This document shows, in pieces, positions 6,888 to 15,266 of a stretch of DNA of 25,298 nucleotides. The stretch is from a virus (Duplodnaviria; Caudoviricetes): positions 1-25,298 of the IMG/VR virus record IMGVR_UViG_3300043391_000849; one strand, given 5' to 3'. A program made the translations under genes and the position numbers. A model generated the notes under the pieces. That model was not told the DNA's origin. It saw only the letters and a list, made by a program, of their open reading frames with translations, and did no database searches. Within the stretch, counting starts at the first letter, position 1. Each line of letters starts with the position of its first letter.

Positions 6888-6959
6888 GGGAGATTGGCGC
6901 AGTGGTAGCGCAGCTGCTTTACACGCAGACGGTCACTAGTTCGAATCTTGTATCTCCCA
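6888..6959 (+). tRNA. tRNA-Val(TAC)
   Basis: Acceptor GGGAGAT/ATCTCCC, loop TTTACAC, T-loop TTCGAAT. Confidence 0.9.
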
Positions 6960-6961
6960 TT

Positions 6962-6969
6962 TATAAATA
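6962..6969 (+). promoter_or_regulatory. T4-type late promoter
   Basis: Exact TATAAATA about 20 nt upstream of the dps ATG. Confidence 0.6.
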
Positions 6970-6988
6970 CCTAAAAAGTATTGGTGTA

Positions 6989-7426
6989 ATGGAAAAACTT
7001 TATAAACTTATAAGTGATACCCAAGCATCACTTTTTTTGCTATTCCAAAAAACCTGGGTCTATCATTGGCATATTGTAGGCCCGGACTTTAAACAAATTC
7101 ACGATTTGTTTGGAGATCAATACGCAGAAATTCAAGAAGAAGTTGACCGCATCTCAGAACATATGAGATTTTTAGGAATCAAACCTATTAGTTCTTTATC
7201 GAGAGTTGTAGAAGTATCTGGTGTTGGAGAAGCAAAAACCAATATTTCCGAGATGGAAATGATTAAAGATTTGCTTGAGGGACATAAAAAGATTATAGAT
7301 ATGTTAGGTGAAGTTGCCGAAGAAGCAGAAGCACAAAGGTCAAGAGGAACTGTTAACCTCGTTGATGATTTAAACGAAGCACATGGCAAGTTTGTTTGGA
7401 TGCTCCGTTCATTTACAGAAAAATAA
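6989..7426 (+). CDS. dps: Dps-family ferritin-like DNA-protection protein
   Basis: YHWHIVGPDFKQIHDLF, VDRISEH ferroxidase-site residues and HGKFVWMLRS. True start is ATG 6989; the track start 6902 lies inside tRNA-Val. Confidence 0.9.
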   Translation: MEKLYKLISDTQASLFLLFQKTWVYHWHIVGPDFKQIHDLFGDQYAEIQEEVDRISEHMRFLGIKPISSLSRVVEVSGVGEAKTNISEMEMIKDLLEGHKKIIDMLGEVAEEAEAQRSRGTVNLVDDLNEAHGKFVWMLRSFTEK

Positions 7427-7451
7427 TTAAATTACATCTCATAATGGGACA

Positions 7452-7709
7452 ATGGAAAACTTACGCATTCGTTGCAAGTCATGCAACAGAGAAATAGAGG
7501 GGCATCCCAGTAGATCAATCTCTTGTGGTTGTTCAAATATGGCAACTGTTCGTGGAAATAAAATCTCCGCAGTTGACTTATCTAAGGTTGTTATGCTAAA
7601 CTCTATGCATACCAAAGAAAAGTCGGGTCTTCTTACAGAAGAAGATCTTGCCTATCAAGAGTCAAGGCGTCAACGTAAAGTAAGACGATTAGATTTTGAA
7701 GTCCGTTGA
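7452..7709 (+). CDS. Hypothetical protein with CxxC...CxC (putative Zn ribbon)
   Basis: CKSC and CGC motifs; basic C-terminus. Confidence 0.75.
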   Translation: MENLRIRCKSCNREIEGHPSRSISCGCSNMATVRGNKISAVDLSKVVMLNSMHTKEKSGLLTEEDLAYQESRRQRKVRRLDFEVR

Positions 7710-7719
7710 GGACTTTTAC

Positions 7720-7805
7720 GGAAAGTTGACCGAGTGGTTTATGGTGTTTGTCTTGAAAACAAATGAGGTTAGTAGCCTCCCAGGGTTCGAATCCCTGACT
7801 TTCCT
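7720..7805 (+). tRNA. tRNA-Ser(TGA)
   Basis: Acceptor GGAAAGT/ACTTTCC, TTTGT-CTTGAAA-ACAAA, long variable arm GAGG...CCTC, T-loop TTCGAAT. Confidence 0.92.
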
Positions 7806-7880
7806 TCAGTTACAATGAATACAGATTAACAATCTCAAAATCTTTATAATACTAATTAGTAACGTTACGATACAAAACAA

Positions 7881-8033
7881 ATGGATTCCCACATCTTAAA
7901 CAACTGGGTGAAGATTAAAGAAACATTTGAGAAGTCTGGAAATACCAACAATCATTTTTATAAGAGAGCATGTGCCATTATAAAAACTGGTAAAGACCCA
8001 TTAGAAAATTATCTTGGTGGTAAAGGGGGTTGA
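7881..8033 (+). CDS. Small hypothetical protein (50 aa; not in ORF track)
   Basis: MDSHILNNWVKIKETFEKSGNTNNHFYKRACAIIKTGKDPLENYLGGKGG; TATAAT upstream at about 7845. Confidence 0.7.
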   Translation: MDSHILNNWVKIKETFEKSGNTNNHFYKRACAIIKTGKDPLENYLGGKGG

Positions 8034-8058
8034 CGGGATGAGGTAGTCGTGGTATTAT
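8030..8058 (+). promoter_or_regulatory. Sigma70-type promoter for tRNA-Pro
   Basis: TTGACG, 17-nt spacer, TATTAT. Confidence 0.65.
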
Positions 8059-8069
8059 AGATATATTAC

Positions 8070-8141
8070 CGGTGTGTATCGCAGAGGTAGCGCGTTCCGT
8101 TTGGGGCGGAAAAGTCGCAGGTTCGATCCCTGCCACGCCGA
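8070..8141 (+). tRNA. tRNA-Pro(TGG)
   Basis: Acceptor CGGTGTG/CACGCCG, TTCCG-TTTGGGG-CGGAA, T-loop TTCGATC. Confidence 0.9.
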
Positions 8142-8142
8142 T

Positions 8143-8194
8143 TGCCAGTTTCACAACTGGCACACTTGACTTAAAGGTCAATTTACCCTATAAT
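8143..8194 (+). promoter_or_regulatory. Sigma70-type promoter with upstream palindrome
   Basis: TGCCAGTT-TCAC-AACTGGCA (8143-8162), then TTGACT, 17-nt spacer, TATAAT. Confidence 0.75.
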
Positions 8195-8217
8195 TACTAG
8201 GCAAACAAATCAAAGCA

Positions 8218-8433
8218 ATGTCGGTTACAATTAAATTTAAGAAGGACCTCCAAACTCTTAAATCTGCGGTTAATGGTGATTTCTATCTGGATGTAAAGAG
8301 TCCGAAACTTTACAAAAAGATTCGTCGATATTATCAAAATGAGGGTGTAATGTTTTCTGAAGATGCTTTAGATAATTATGATATCCTCATGGAATGTATT
8401 GCCCAAGACCTTGAAACCTCTGAAGTTGTGTGA
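8218..8433 (+). CDS. Hypothetical phage protein
   Basis: 71 aa ORF directly behind the promoter. Confidence 0.75.
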   Translation: MSVTIKFKKDLQTLKSAVNGDFYLDVKSPKLYKKIRRYYQNEGVMFSEDALDNYDILMECIAQDLETSEVV

Positions 8434-8684
8434 TGACGAAAGTTTTACTTGAACGAGAAGGTTATCGTTTCGTTGAGAAAGGTATCATCGAACTTAATGG
8501 TATGCCTGATTATCGTCTACAAAAACAGAACTACTACACAAAGTATTGGAATGACATTTATTTGTTTGATAATTCTATGCAACTTACTACTGCAATGGAA
8601 GATCATCAATATGCGCGTTGGTTAGACCCTGATAGGGTTCCTTGTTATGTCAAGGAAGATGATATTCTTGATTGGGATCAATAG
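8433..8684 (+). CDS. Hypothetical phage protein
   Basis: ATG overlaps the upstream TGA; alternative GTG start at 8430. Confidence 0.75.
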   Translation: MTKVLLEREGYRFVEKGIIELNGMPDYRLQKQNYYTKYWNDIYLFDNSMQLTTAMEDHQYARWLDPDRVPCYVKEDDILDWDQ

Positions 8685-8866
8685 TCACGGAGAGACTTAA
8701 AAAGTACTGGTCGGGACCCCCTGAGACCTGAAAAGTCTTAAAACTTACTCTGGTGGAGTCAATTATGACCCTATTGTTTTCTTGCTTTTTTCAAGAGCAA
8801 GTGGTGCGGATGGGACTCTCTCCCGCCTGGTTTTCAATTTCCAGTTAAAGAATTGGTGGCGTGCAT
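8683..8866 (+). ncRNA. Structured RNA, wcaG/manA-motif-like
   Basis: Non-coding gap with many stems, repeated TGGYG and a pseudoknot; lies upstream of gmd/wcaG-type genes, the context described for these cyanophage RNA motifs. Exact Rfam family not verified. Confidence 0.65.
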
Positions 8867-8878
8867 GAATGACCTGAT

Positions 8879-8906
8879 AGGGGAGTTGCATAAACTCTCC
8901 TTTTTT
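8879..8906 (+). terminator. Intrinsic terminator
   Basis: AGGGGAGTT-GCATA-AACTCTCCT followed by a T run. Confidence 0.75.
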
Positions 8907-8914
8907 GGTATAAT
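8886..8914 (+). promoter_or_regulatory. Sigma70-type promoter for the glycan cluster
   Basis: TTGCAT, 17-nt spacer, TATAAT with extended -10 TG; overlaps the terminator. Confidence 0.65.
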
Positions 8915-8935
8915 AGAGTAAATGAAATCAATTAA

Positions 8936-9760
8936 ATGAATTTGCATCTAACTTATTTTGGTGATAATAATTTTTCTCTAGGTAAACAACGAATTCGCAG
9001 ACAAGCAGAAAACTTTGAAGTATTTTCTTCGATTAAAGAATATGGTGAGGATGATTTAAAGGATAATTCCTTTTGGAAAAATCATGCTCAACATATGATG
9101 CAAGAACGTATTAGTATGCCAGGAAAGTTTTATGGGTATTATGCCTGTAAACCATACTTTGTGGAGAAAGCACTAAATGGGATTGAAGAAGATGATGTTC
9201 TTCTTTTTGTCGATTCTGGATGTGAATTGAATAAAAACGGACTTCCTAAATTAGAACAATACTATCAAGAATGTTTGAATACAAATGGACTTTTCTTTTC
9301 ATTAGATCTTCCAGAATGTCAGTGGACAAAGATGGATACATATCGTAGAATTATGGCAGAAAATGATGAGTATCTAATGACTAGGCAAATTATTTCTTGT
9401 ATCTTTCTTTTGAGAAATACCTCAATAACCAGAGAACTGGTCGGAAAGTGGAAAGATATTTGTGTGGAAGAAGGCGGACATTACCTTGATGATAGTCCTT
9501 CAGAACTTCCTAATAATTCTATCTTTAGAGAGAATAGGCACGATCAATCAATTCTATCTCTTCTAGTCAAAAACTTTGCCGAAAGAGATGACTTTACTTT
9601 TTATGAAGATGATACTTATGAGGAAATATGGCAAAAGAATGGTCTTGAAGGATTACCTGTCGGACCTGGACAAGCAAAAGTATGGAACACTTATGGACGT
9701 GAGTTTCCTATCTGGGCAACCAGAAATGGTCAAATAGATTTTACAAATTGCGAAGTATGA
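8936..9760 (+). CDS. Putative GT-A-type glycosyltransferase
   Basis: CKPY...[11 protein letters not shown] and [12 protein letters not shown] motifs; first gene of the cluster. Confidence 0.65.
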   Translation: MNLHLTYFGDNNFSLGKQRIRRQAENFEVFSSIKEYGEDDLKDNSFWKNHAQHMMQERISMPGKFYGYYACKPYFVEKALNGIEEDDVLLFVDSGCELNKNGLPKLEQYYQECLNTNGLFFSLDLPECQWTKMDTYRRIMAENDEYLMTRQIISCIFLLRNTSITRELVGKWKDICVEEGGHYLDDSPSELPNNSIFRENRHDQSILSLLVKNFAERDDFTFYEDDTYEEIWQKNGLEGLPVGPGQAKVWNTYGREFPIWATRNGQIDFTNCEV

Positions 9761-10758
9761 AAAAAGCACTCATCACTGGTATTACTGGACAGGATGGATC
9801 TTATCTTGCCGAACTCCTTTTAGAAAAAGGATATGAAGTTCATGGCATTATTCGCAGATCTTCATCTATTAATACTGACCGAATTGATCACATATATCAA
9901 AATATTAAATTACATTACGGAGACTTAACAGACTCGACTAATATAGTAAGAGTTATTCAATTGGTGCAACCAGATGAGATTTACAATCTTGGTGCTCAAA
10001 GTCATGTAAAGGTATCCTTTGAGATGCCTGAATACACTGCTGATGTCGATGCCATGGGCACTCTCCGTGTCCTTGAGGCAGTGCGTCTCCTGGGCATGGA
10101 AGACCGTGTAAGGATCTATCAGGCATCTACCAGTGAACTCTACGGATTAGTTCAGGAGATTCCACAGAAAGAGACCACACCTTTCTATCCACGTTCTCCT
10201 TATGGTGTGGCAAAGATTTATGGGTATTGGATCACAAAGAACTATCGTGAGGCATATGGAATGTATGCTTGTACCGGTATTCTTTTCAATCATGAATCTC
10301 CCCGTCGTGGTGAAACATTTGTGACTCGTAAGATTACTCAGGCACTTTCTAAAATTTCTGTAGGACTTCAAGATTGTTTGTATCTGGGTAATCTAAATGC
10401 AAAGCGTGATTGGGGACATGCAAAAGACTTTGTGGAAGCAATGTGGTTAATGCTTCAACAAGATGAACCAGAAGACTTTGTAATTGCTACTGGTGTTCAG
10501 TATTCGGTTCGTGAGTTTGTTGAGGAATCAGCACCTTACTTTGGTATGAAAATTGAATGGCAAGGTGAAGGACTTAATGAGATTGGTATTGATAAAAATA
10601 CTGGAAAAACAGTCATTCGAGTTGATCCTAAATATTTTAGACCTGCTGAAGTAGAGACTTTGTTGGGTGATGCCACCAAGGCAAAAGAAAAATTGGGTTG
10701 GGAACCCAAAATTTCATTTAAAAAATTAGTTGAGGATATGTGCATTTATGGACAGTGA
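9757..10758 (+). CDS. gmd: GDP-mannose 4,6-dehydratase
   Basis: [60 protein letters not shown]; ATGA overlap start. Confidence 0.97.
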   Translation: MKKALITGITGQDGSYLAELLLEKGYEVHGIIRRSSSINTDRIDHIYQNIKLHYGDLTDSTNIVRVIQLVQPDEIYNLGAQSHVKVSFEMPEYTADVDAMGTLRVLEAVRLLGMEDRVRIYQASTSELYGLVQEIPQKETTPFYPRSPYGVAKIYGYWITKNYREAYGMYACTGILFNHESPRRGETFVTRKITQALSKISVGLQDCLYLGNLNAKRDWGHAKDFVEAMWLMLQQDEPEDFVIATGVQYSVREFVEESAPYFGMKIEWQGEGLNEIGIDKNTGKTVIRVDPKYFRPAEVETLLGDATKAKEKLGWEPKISFKKLVEDMCIYGQ

Positions 10759-11692
10759 TAGTAAAATTTTTGTTGCTGGACATCGTGGATTAGTTGGATC
10801 TGCAATTATTCGTCAATTGGAAAGACAAGGTTGTAAAAATATTGTAACTAAAAATAGAACTCAATTGGATCTTAGGATTCAAAAAGATGTAGATGAGTTT
10901 TTTATGGAAGAAAGACCTGAATATGTCTTTCTGGGAGCTGCTAAAGTAGGTGGTATTGGATATAATAAGCAAGTACCTGCAGACTTTATTCGTGAAAATT
11001 TGCAGATTCAAACTAATGTAATTGATAGTGCTTATCGTAATGGTTGTAAGAAACTTCTATTTCTTGGTTCTGCCTGCATTTATCCAAAACTAGCACCAGT
11101 TCCAATTAAGGAAGAGTACTTGATGACAGGACCTTTGGAGGAAACAAACAGTGCATACTCTCTAGCAAAAATTGCTGGATATATGATGTGTAAAAAATAT
11201 ACCGAACAGTATGGATTTTCAACAGTTTCGGTTATGCCCAACAATCTTTATGGTATTAATGACAATTTTATTCTTGAACAATGTCACGTGATTCCAAGTT
11301 TTATTAATAAATTTGTAACCGCAAAGGATAAGAATCTTCCCAATGTTACTTGCTTTGGTGATGGAAGTCCTACTAGAGAATTTTTATTTTCTGATGATCT
11401 TGCTGATGGTTTAATTTTCTTGATGAATAATTACTCGGATCCAGAGATCATTAATATTGGTCCAGATCGTGAAGTAAGTATTAAGGAACTTTCTGAATTG
11501 GTTTCTGGGCAAGTTGAATATGATGGGGAATTGATTTGGGATATTAAGAAACCAAATGGAACCCCTAGAAGAGCATTAGATACTTCTAAAATGAATGCTC
11601 TTGGATGGAAAGCACCAACTTCTCTTGAAGATGGTCTTAAAATTACAATTGATTGGTTTTTAAAAAATAGGAGCAATTATGTCAGAGTTTAA
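10748..11692 (+). CDS. fcl: GDP-L-fucose synthase family epimerase/reductase (Fcl/WcaG; could act as ColC)
   Basis: [46 protein letters not shown]. Confidence 0.9.
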   Translation: MDSDSKIFVAGHRGLVGSAIIRQLERQGCKNIVTKNRTQLDLRIQKDVDEFFMEERPEYVFLGAAKVGGIGYNKQVPADFIRENLQIQTNVIDSAYRNGCKKLLFLGSACIYPKLAPVPIKEEYLMTGPLEETNSAYSLAKIAGYMMCKKYTEQYGFSTVSVMPNNLYGINDNFILEQCHVIPSFINKFVTAKDKNLPNVTCFGDGSPTREFLFSDDLADGLIFLMNNYSDPEIINIGPDREVSIKELSELVSGQVEYDGELIWDIKKPNGTPRRALDTSKMNALGWKAPTSLEDGLKITIDWFLKNRSNYVRV

Positions 11693-12842
11693 GTGGCCAT
11701 TAATGAAAAATTCTATCTCATTTGGGGATAGAATTGAACTAGCAAAGTTTGTTTTAACCTCTGACAAATTTACTCAAGGTAAAAAAGTACAACAATTTGA
11801 AAAATCTTGGTCTGAATGGTTGGGATGCAAATACTCATTGTTTGTAACTTCTGGCAGTACTGCAAATTTTCTTTTGATTGCAGCAATCATGGAACAATAT
11901 AATTTGAAACCAGGAGATAAAGTTCTAGTTCCTGCATGTACATGGGTTACAAATATTAATCCAATTATTCAGTTGGGACTCACTCCTATTTTTTGTGATA
12001 TTAGTTTGGATGATTATAGTTTTGATATCTCAAACTTAAAAACAATTGCTAAAAATAATCAAGACATTAAGGTTGTATTTGTAACTCATTTATTGGGCAT
12101 CCCAGCCAAAGTCGAAGAATATAAAAAGATCCTTCCAAATGCTCTTTTTATTGATGATGTTTGCGAATCTCATGGATGTTTAGATGCTAGTGGTGAACGT
12201 GTTGGTAAAAATAGTTTAGGTTCTACCTTTAGTTTTTACTTTGGGCACCACATGTCTACTGTAGAAGGTGGGATGGTTTGTACTAATAATAAAGAACTTT
12301 ATGATCTAATGAAACTTAAGAGATCTCATGGTCTTGCAAGAGTTTCCGATAGATTTGATGAATATGCTCAACAGAATCCTGAGATACAGAAATCATTTTT
12401 ATTTGTAAGTGATGGGTATAACTTTAGAAACACTGAGTTTGGTGCAGTTCTTGGATTATCTCAGTTGAAGAGGTTAGATAAGTTCATTCAAAATCGTAGA
12501 AAGTCTTACGATACGTTTGTTAAAATTGCAAACGACAATGACAATTTCTATCCAATAGTGTATAATAGTGGTAACAGTTGTTTTTGCTTCCCCTTTATTT
12601 GCAAAACAAAGGAGATAAAGGAAAAAATGATTGAATTTTTTGAGAAATACAAAATTGAATATCGTCCAGTTGTTGGAGGTAATCTATTAAAACAACCTTA
12701 TCTCAAAGAATATAGTATTACTGGCAAACAAGAAAACTTTAATGCTGACATAATTCACGAAAACGGTGTGTATATTGGTAATAATCAATTTGTATCTAAT
12801 ACGGATATGAAACTACTTACAAAAATTATAGGGGAAATTTAA
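11679..12842 (+). CDS. colD: DegT-family PLP enzyme, ColD-like GDP-4-keto-6-deoxymannose 3-dehydratase
   Basis: SGSTANFL, DVCESHG and FSFYFGHHMSTVEGG, with His at the position of the usual Schiff-base Lys. Confidence 0.75.
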   Translation: MSEFKWPLMKNSISFGDRIELAKFVLTSDKFTQGKKVQQFEKSWSEWLGCKYSLFVTSGSTANFLLIAAIMEQYNLKPGDKVLVPACTWVTNINPIIQLGLTPIFCDISLDDYSFDISNLKTIAKNNQDIKVVFVTHLLGIPAKVEEYKKILPNALFIDDVCESHGCLDASGERVGKNSLGSTFSFYFGHHMSTVEGGMVCTNNKELYDLMKLKRSHGLARVSDRFDEYAQQNPEIQKSFLFVSDGYNFRNTEFGAVLGLSQLKRLDKFIQNRRKSYDTFVKIANDNDNFYPIVYNSGNSCFCFPFICKTKEIKEKMIEFFEKYKIEYRPVVGGNLLKQPYLKEYSITGKQENFNADIIHENGVYIGNNQFVSNTDMKLLTKIIGEI

Positions 12843-13186
12843 TGAATAGATTTGGAAATCTGATTGATGAGTGCATCAAGGAAACCATAGATGAAGTTCT
12901 TTCCCGTAGAGAACTTCCTGATGTAGAGTATATTGAAACTGACAATCTGGGAGAAGTTGTTGAAAAACTTTCTATTCTCCATACTCGTATGTGGATGTTG
13001 GAAGATGCAATTCAAGAGGCAAAGACTGATGCTGAAATTGCCAACCTAAAGCGTAAGATTGACATTTGCTTCAAAGTAAAACGACCCCGTTTGGTGCAGG
13101 CAGTTAATCTTCTTGTGGATAATGCAATTGCTTCAGGAAAAACTCTTCGTGAGGATTCTGTAAAACTCTATAAAGGAGTTGAATAA
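12842..13186 (+). CDS. Small helical protein (DUF4254-like)
   Basis: DNLGEVVEKLSILHTRMWMLED; paralogous to 15267-15575. Confidence 0.6.
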   Translation: MNRFGNLIDECIKETIDEVLSRRELPDVEYIETDNLGEVVEKLSILHTRMWMLEDAIQEAKTDAEIANLKRKIDICFKVKRPRLVQAVNLLVDNAIASGKTLREDSVKLYKGVE

Positions 13187-13202
13187 TTGAAAACTTAAAA
13201 TT

Positions 13203-14300
13203 ATGAATTATTCTATACCAATTTATAAACCATCAATAACCGAACTTGAAAAAAAATATGTTAATGATTGTTTAGATAGTGAATGGATATCATCAAAAGG
13301 AAAATATGTCGATCTTTTTGAAAAAAATTTTGCTACTAAAACAAATATAAAATATGCGACTTCTGTTTGCAATGGGACAGTTGGTTTACATCTATCTCTT
13401 CTTTCTTTAGGAATTGGTTGTGAAGATGAAGTAATTGTCCCTACTTTTACTTATATTGCTTCCGTTAATTCTATTGTTTATTGTGGAGCAACACCGGTAT
13501 TTGTTGATTCTTTGGAAGATACTTGGCAAATAGATCCAGAAGATATTTTAAGAAAAATAACTCCAAAAACCAAAGCTATTATGGTTGTTCATTTATATGG
13601 ACAATCTTGTGATATGGATAAAATTTGTCAAATAGCAAAAGATAATAATTTATTTTTAATAGAAGATTGTGCAGAAGCCTTTGGTACTTATTATAAAGGA
13701 AAACATGTTGGGTCATTTGGGGATATTTCTACTTATAGTTTTTTTGGTAATAAAACTATAACCGCTGGTGAAGGTGGTATGGTAGTTACAAATAATGAAT
13801 CATTATATTGTAGAGCAGTTCATTTGAAGGGTCAGGGTCTTGCTTATCATCGACAATATTGGCATGATGTTGTGGGATATAATTATAGAATGACAAATAT
13901 TGCCTGTTCTATTGGATATGCTCAATTGGAGAGATCTAACGAACTTATTTCTAAAAAGAGAAAAATTGCTGAATATTATAATACAGTTTTTGAAGGAACT
14001 CATATACAAACTCAGAAAGAACAATTGGATACGGTACACAGTTATTGGATGAATAGTGTCATTTTGGATTGTAATCAAGAACAGAGGGATCAATTTAGAG
14101 ATTTTTTAAGGGATAATGGTATTGATACTAGACCCCTGTTTTATCCGGTTCATACCATGCCCATGTATTCTAAAAAATATGAAATGCATAAAGTAGCAGA
14201 AGATATTAGTAGGCGTGGTTTTAATATTCCAAGTTATCCAGATTTAACAATTGAAGAACTTGATTACATATCAAATACTATTTTGAGTTATGAATTTTGA
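13203..14300 (+). CDS. per: GDP-perosamine synthase (Per/RfbE-like aminotransferase)
   Basis: WISSKG, NGTVGLHL, EDCAEAFG, YSFFGNKTITAGEGG (catalytic Lys), YWHDVVGYNYRMTN. Confidence 0.85.
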   Translation: MNYSIPIYKPSITELEKKYVNDCLDSEWISSKGKYVDLFEKNFATKTNIKYATSVCNGTVGLHLSLLSLGIGCEDEVIVPTFTYIASVNSIVYCGATPVFVDSLEDTWQIDPEDILRKITPKTKAIMVVHLYGQSCDMDKICQIAKDNNLFLIEDCAEAFGTYYKGKHVGSFGDISTYSFFGNKTITAGEGGMVVTNNESLYCRAVHLKGQGLAYHRQYWHDVVGYNYRMTNIACSIGYAQLERSNELISKKRKIAEYYNTVFEGTHIQTQKEQLDTVHSYWMNSVILDCNQEQRDQFRDFLRDNGIDTRPLFYPVHTMPMYSKKYEMHKVAEDISRRGFNIPSYPDLTIEELDYISNTILSYEF

Positions 14301-14685
14301 ACGGATATTTTCTTTTGATGATATTAAAAATCTAGTAGAATCAAATGTAAACCTTAAAAAAACTTTTAGATATTTTGATAGTAGAGATGAGGGTTGCTTT
14401 AAAAATCACTTTTATCACTTCATATTAAATGATTCAAGTCCTATTGGGTATGGACATTTAGACTATGACTGTGGTAAAATGTGGTTAGGTATGTGTGTAT
14501 TTGACTCTTATGTTGGGAAGGGATATGGAAAATTGATTTTAAAAAACCTTATAGATAATAGAGAAAACAATGTATTGAATTTATCCGTAGATAAAGAAAA
14601 TTACAAAGCAATTAATCTTTATTTAAATAATGGATTTAAAATACATTCACAAACTAAAAAAATTTTTTATTGTTCTTTAAATTAA
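14290..14685 (+). CDS. GNAT-family acetyltransferase
   Basis: YVGKGYGK acyl-CoA motif; L-x-V-x-x-x-N-x-x-AINLY-x-x-x-GF. Confidence 0.85.
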   Translation: MNFERIFSFDDIKNLVESNVNLKKTFRYFDSRDEGCFKNHFYHFILNDSSPIGYGHLDYDCGKMWLGMCVFDSYVGKGYGKLILKNLIDNRENNVLNLSVDKENYKAINLYLNNGFKIHSQTKKIFYCSLN

Positions 14686-14687
14686 AC

Positions 14688-15263
14688 ATGACATATACTT
14701 TTAGCCCTAATGCTTTATGGTTTGAATCTTCTGAAATTAAAGCATTAATATTTAATTTTCTGAAAAAAGATCAAGTTAATAATATTTTAGAAATTGGATC
14801 ATATGAAGGAGCATCTTCGGTTTTCTTTGCAGATAATTTTCTTTCAGATAATAATTCATCTCTTACATGTGTTGATCCCTTTTTATCAATTGATGATAAT
14901 GATCACAAAACTCTTTTAACATCAAATCAGGAAGAAAATTTTTTAAATAATATTTCAAATACTTTATTTCCAGATAAAATTATTTTTAAAAAAACAACAT
15001 CAGATATTTTTTTAAAAGAAAATGATAAAATATTTAATTTTATCTATATTGATGGGTGTCATGAACCTAATCAAGTGGTTTCCGATCTTGATAATTGTGT
15101 AAAAATTATTTCTGATGGTGGAATTATATGGATGGATGATTATGGTGGTGGAAATCCTCCTATTAAACCTATTGTTGATCAGTATCTTTTGGATAAAAAT
15201 CCACCACTAGAATTGATTCATACAGGTTATCAAATAGCATTTAGAAAAATTATTGAGGAGTAA
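14688..15263 (+). CDS. Class I SAM-dependent methyltransferase (Methyltransf_24-like)
   Basis: ILEIGSYEGAS, CVDPF, FIYIDGCH, GGIIWMDDY; ATG at 14688. Confidence 0.85.
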   Translation: MTYTFSPNALWFESSEIKALIFNFLKKDQVNNILEIGSYEGASSVFFADNFLSDNNSSLTCVDPFLSIDDNDHKTLLTSNQEENFLNNISNTLFPDKIIFKKTTSDIFLKENDKIFNFIYIDGCHEPNQVVSDLDNCVKIISDGGIIWMDDYGGGNPPIKPIVDQYLLDKNPPLELIHTGYQIAFRKIIEE

Positions 15264-15266
15264 ATT

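Noticed and set aside
6902-6988. N-terminal extension of Dps in the ORF track
   Set aside because: It is a translation of tRNA-Val and the promoter; the ATG at 6989 gives a normal-length Dps.
7809-7870. TTACA/ATACA/TAACA repeats resembling an HLR1 or Pho box upstream of the 50-aa ORF
   Set aside because: Spacing is irregular (9 and 8 nt) and such words are common in AT-rich DNA.
7978-8181. Minus-strand 67-aa ORF (…AGIEPATF…)
   Set aside because: Typical antisense translation of a tRNA (tRNA-Pro).
8683-8870. Possible CRISPR-like mini-array from the repeated TGGYG
   Set aside because: The repeats are only 5 nt and irregularly spaced, no cas genes are present, and RNA structure explains them better.
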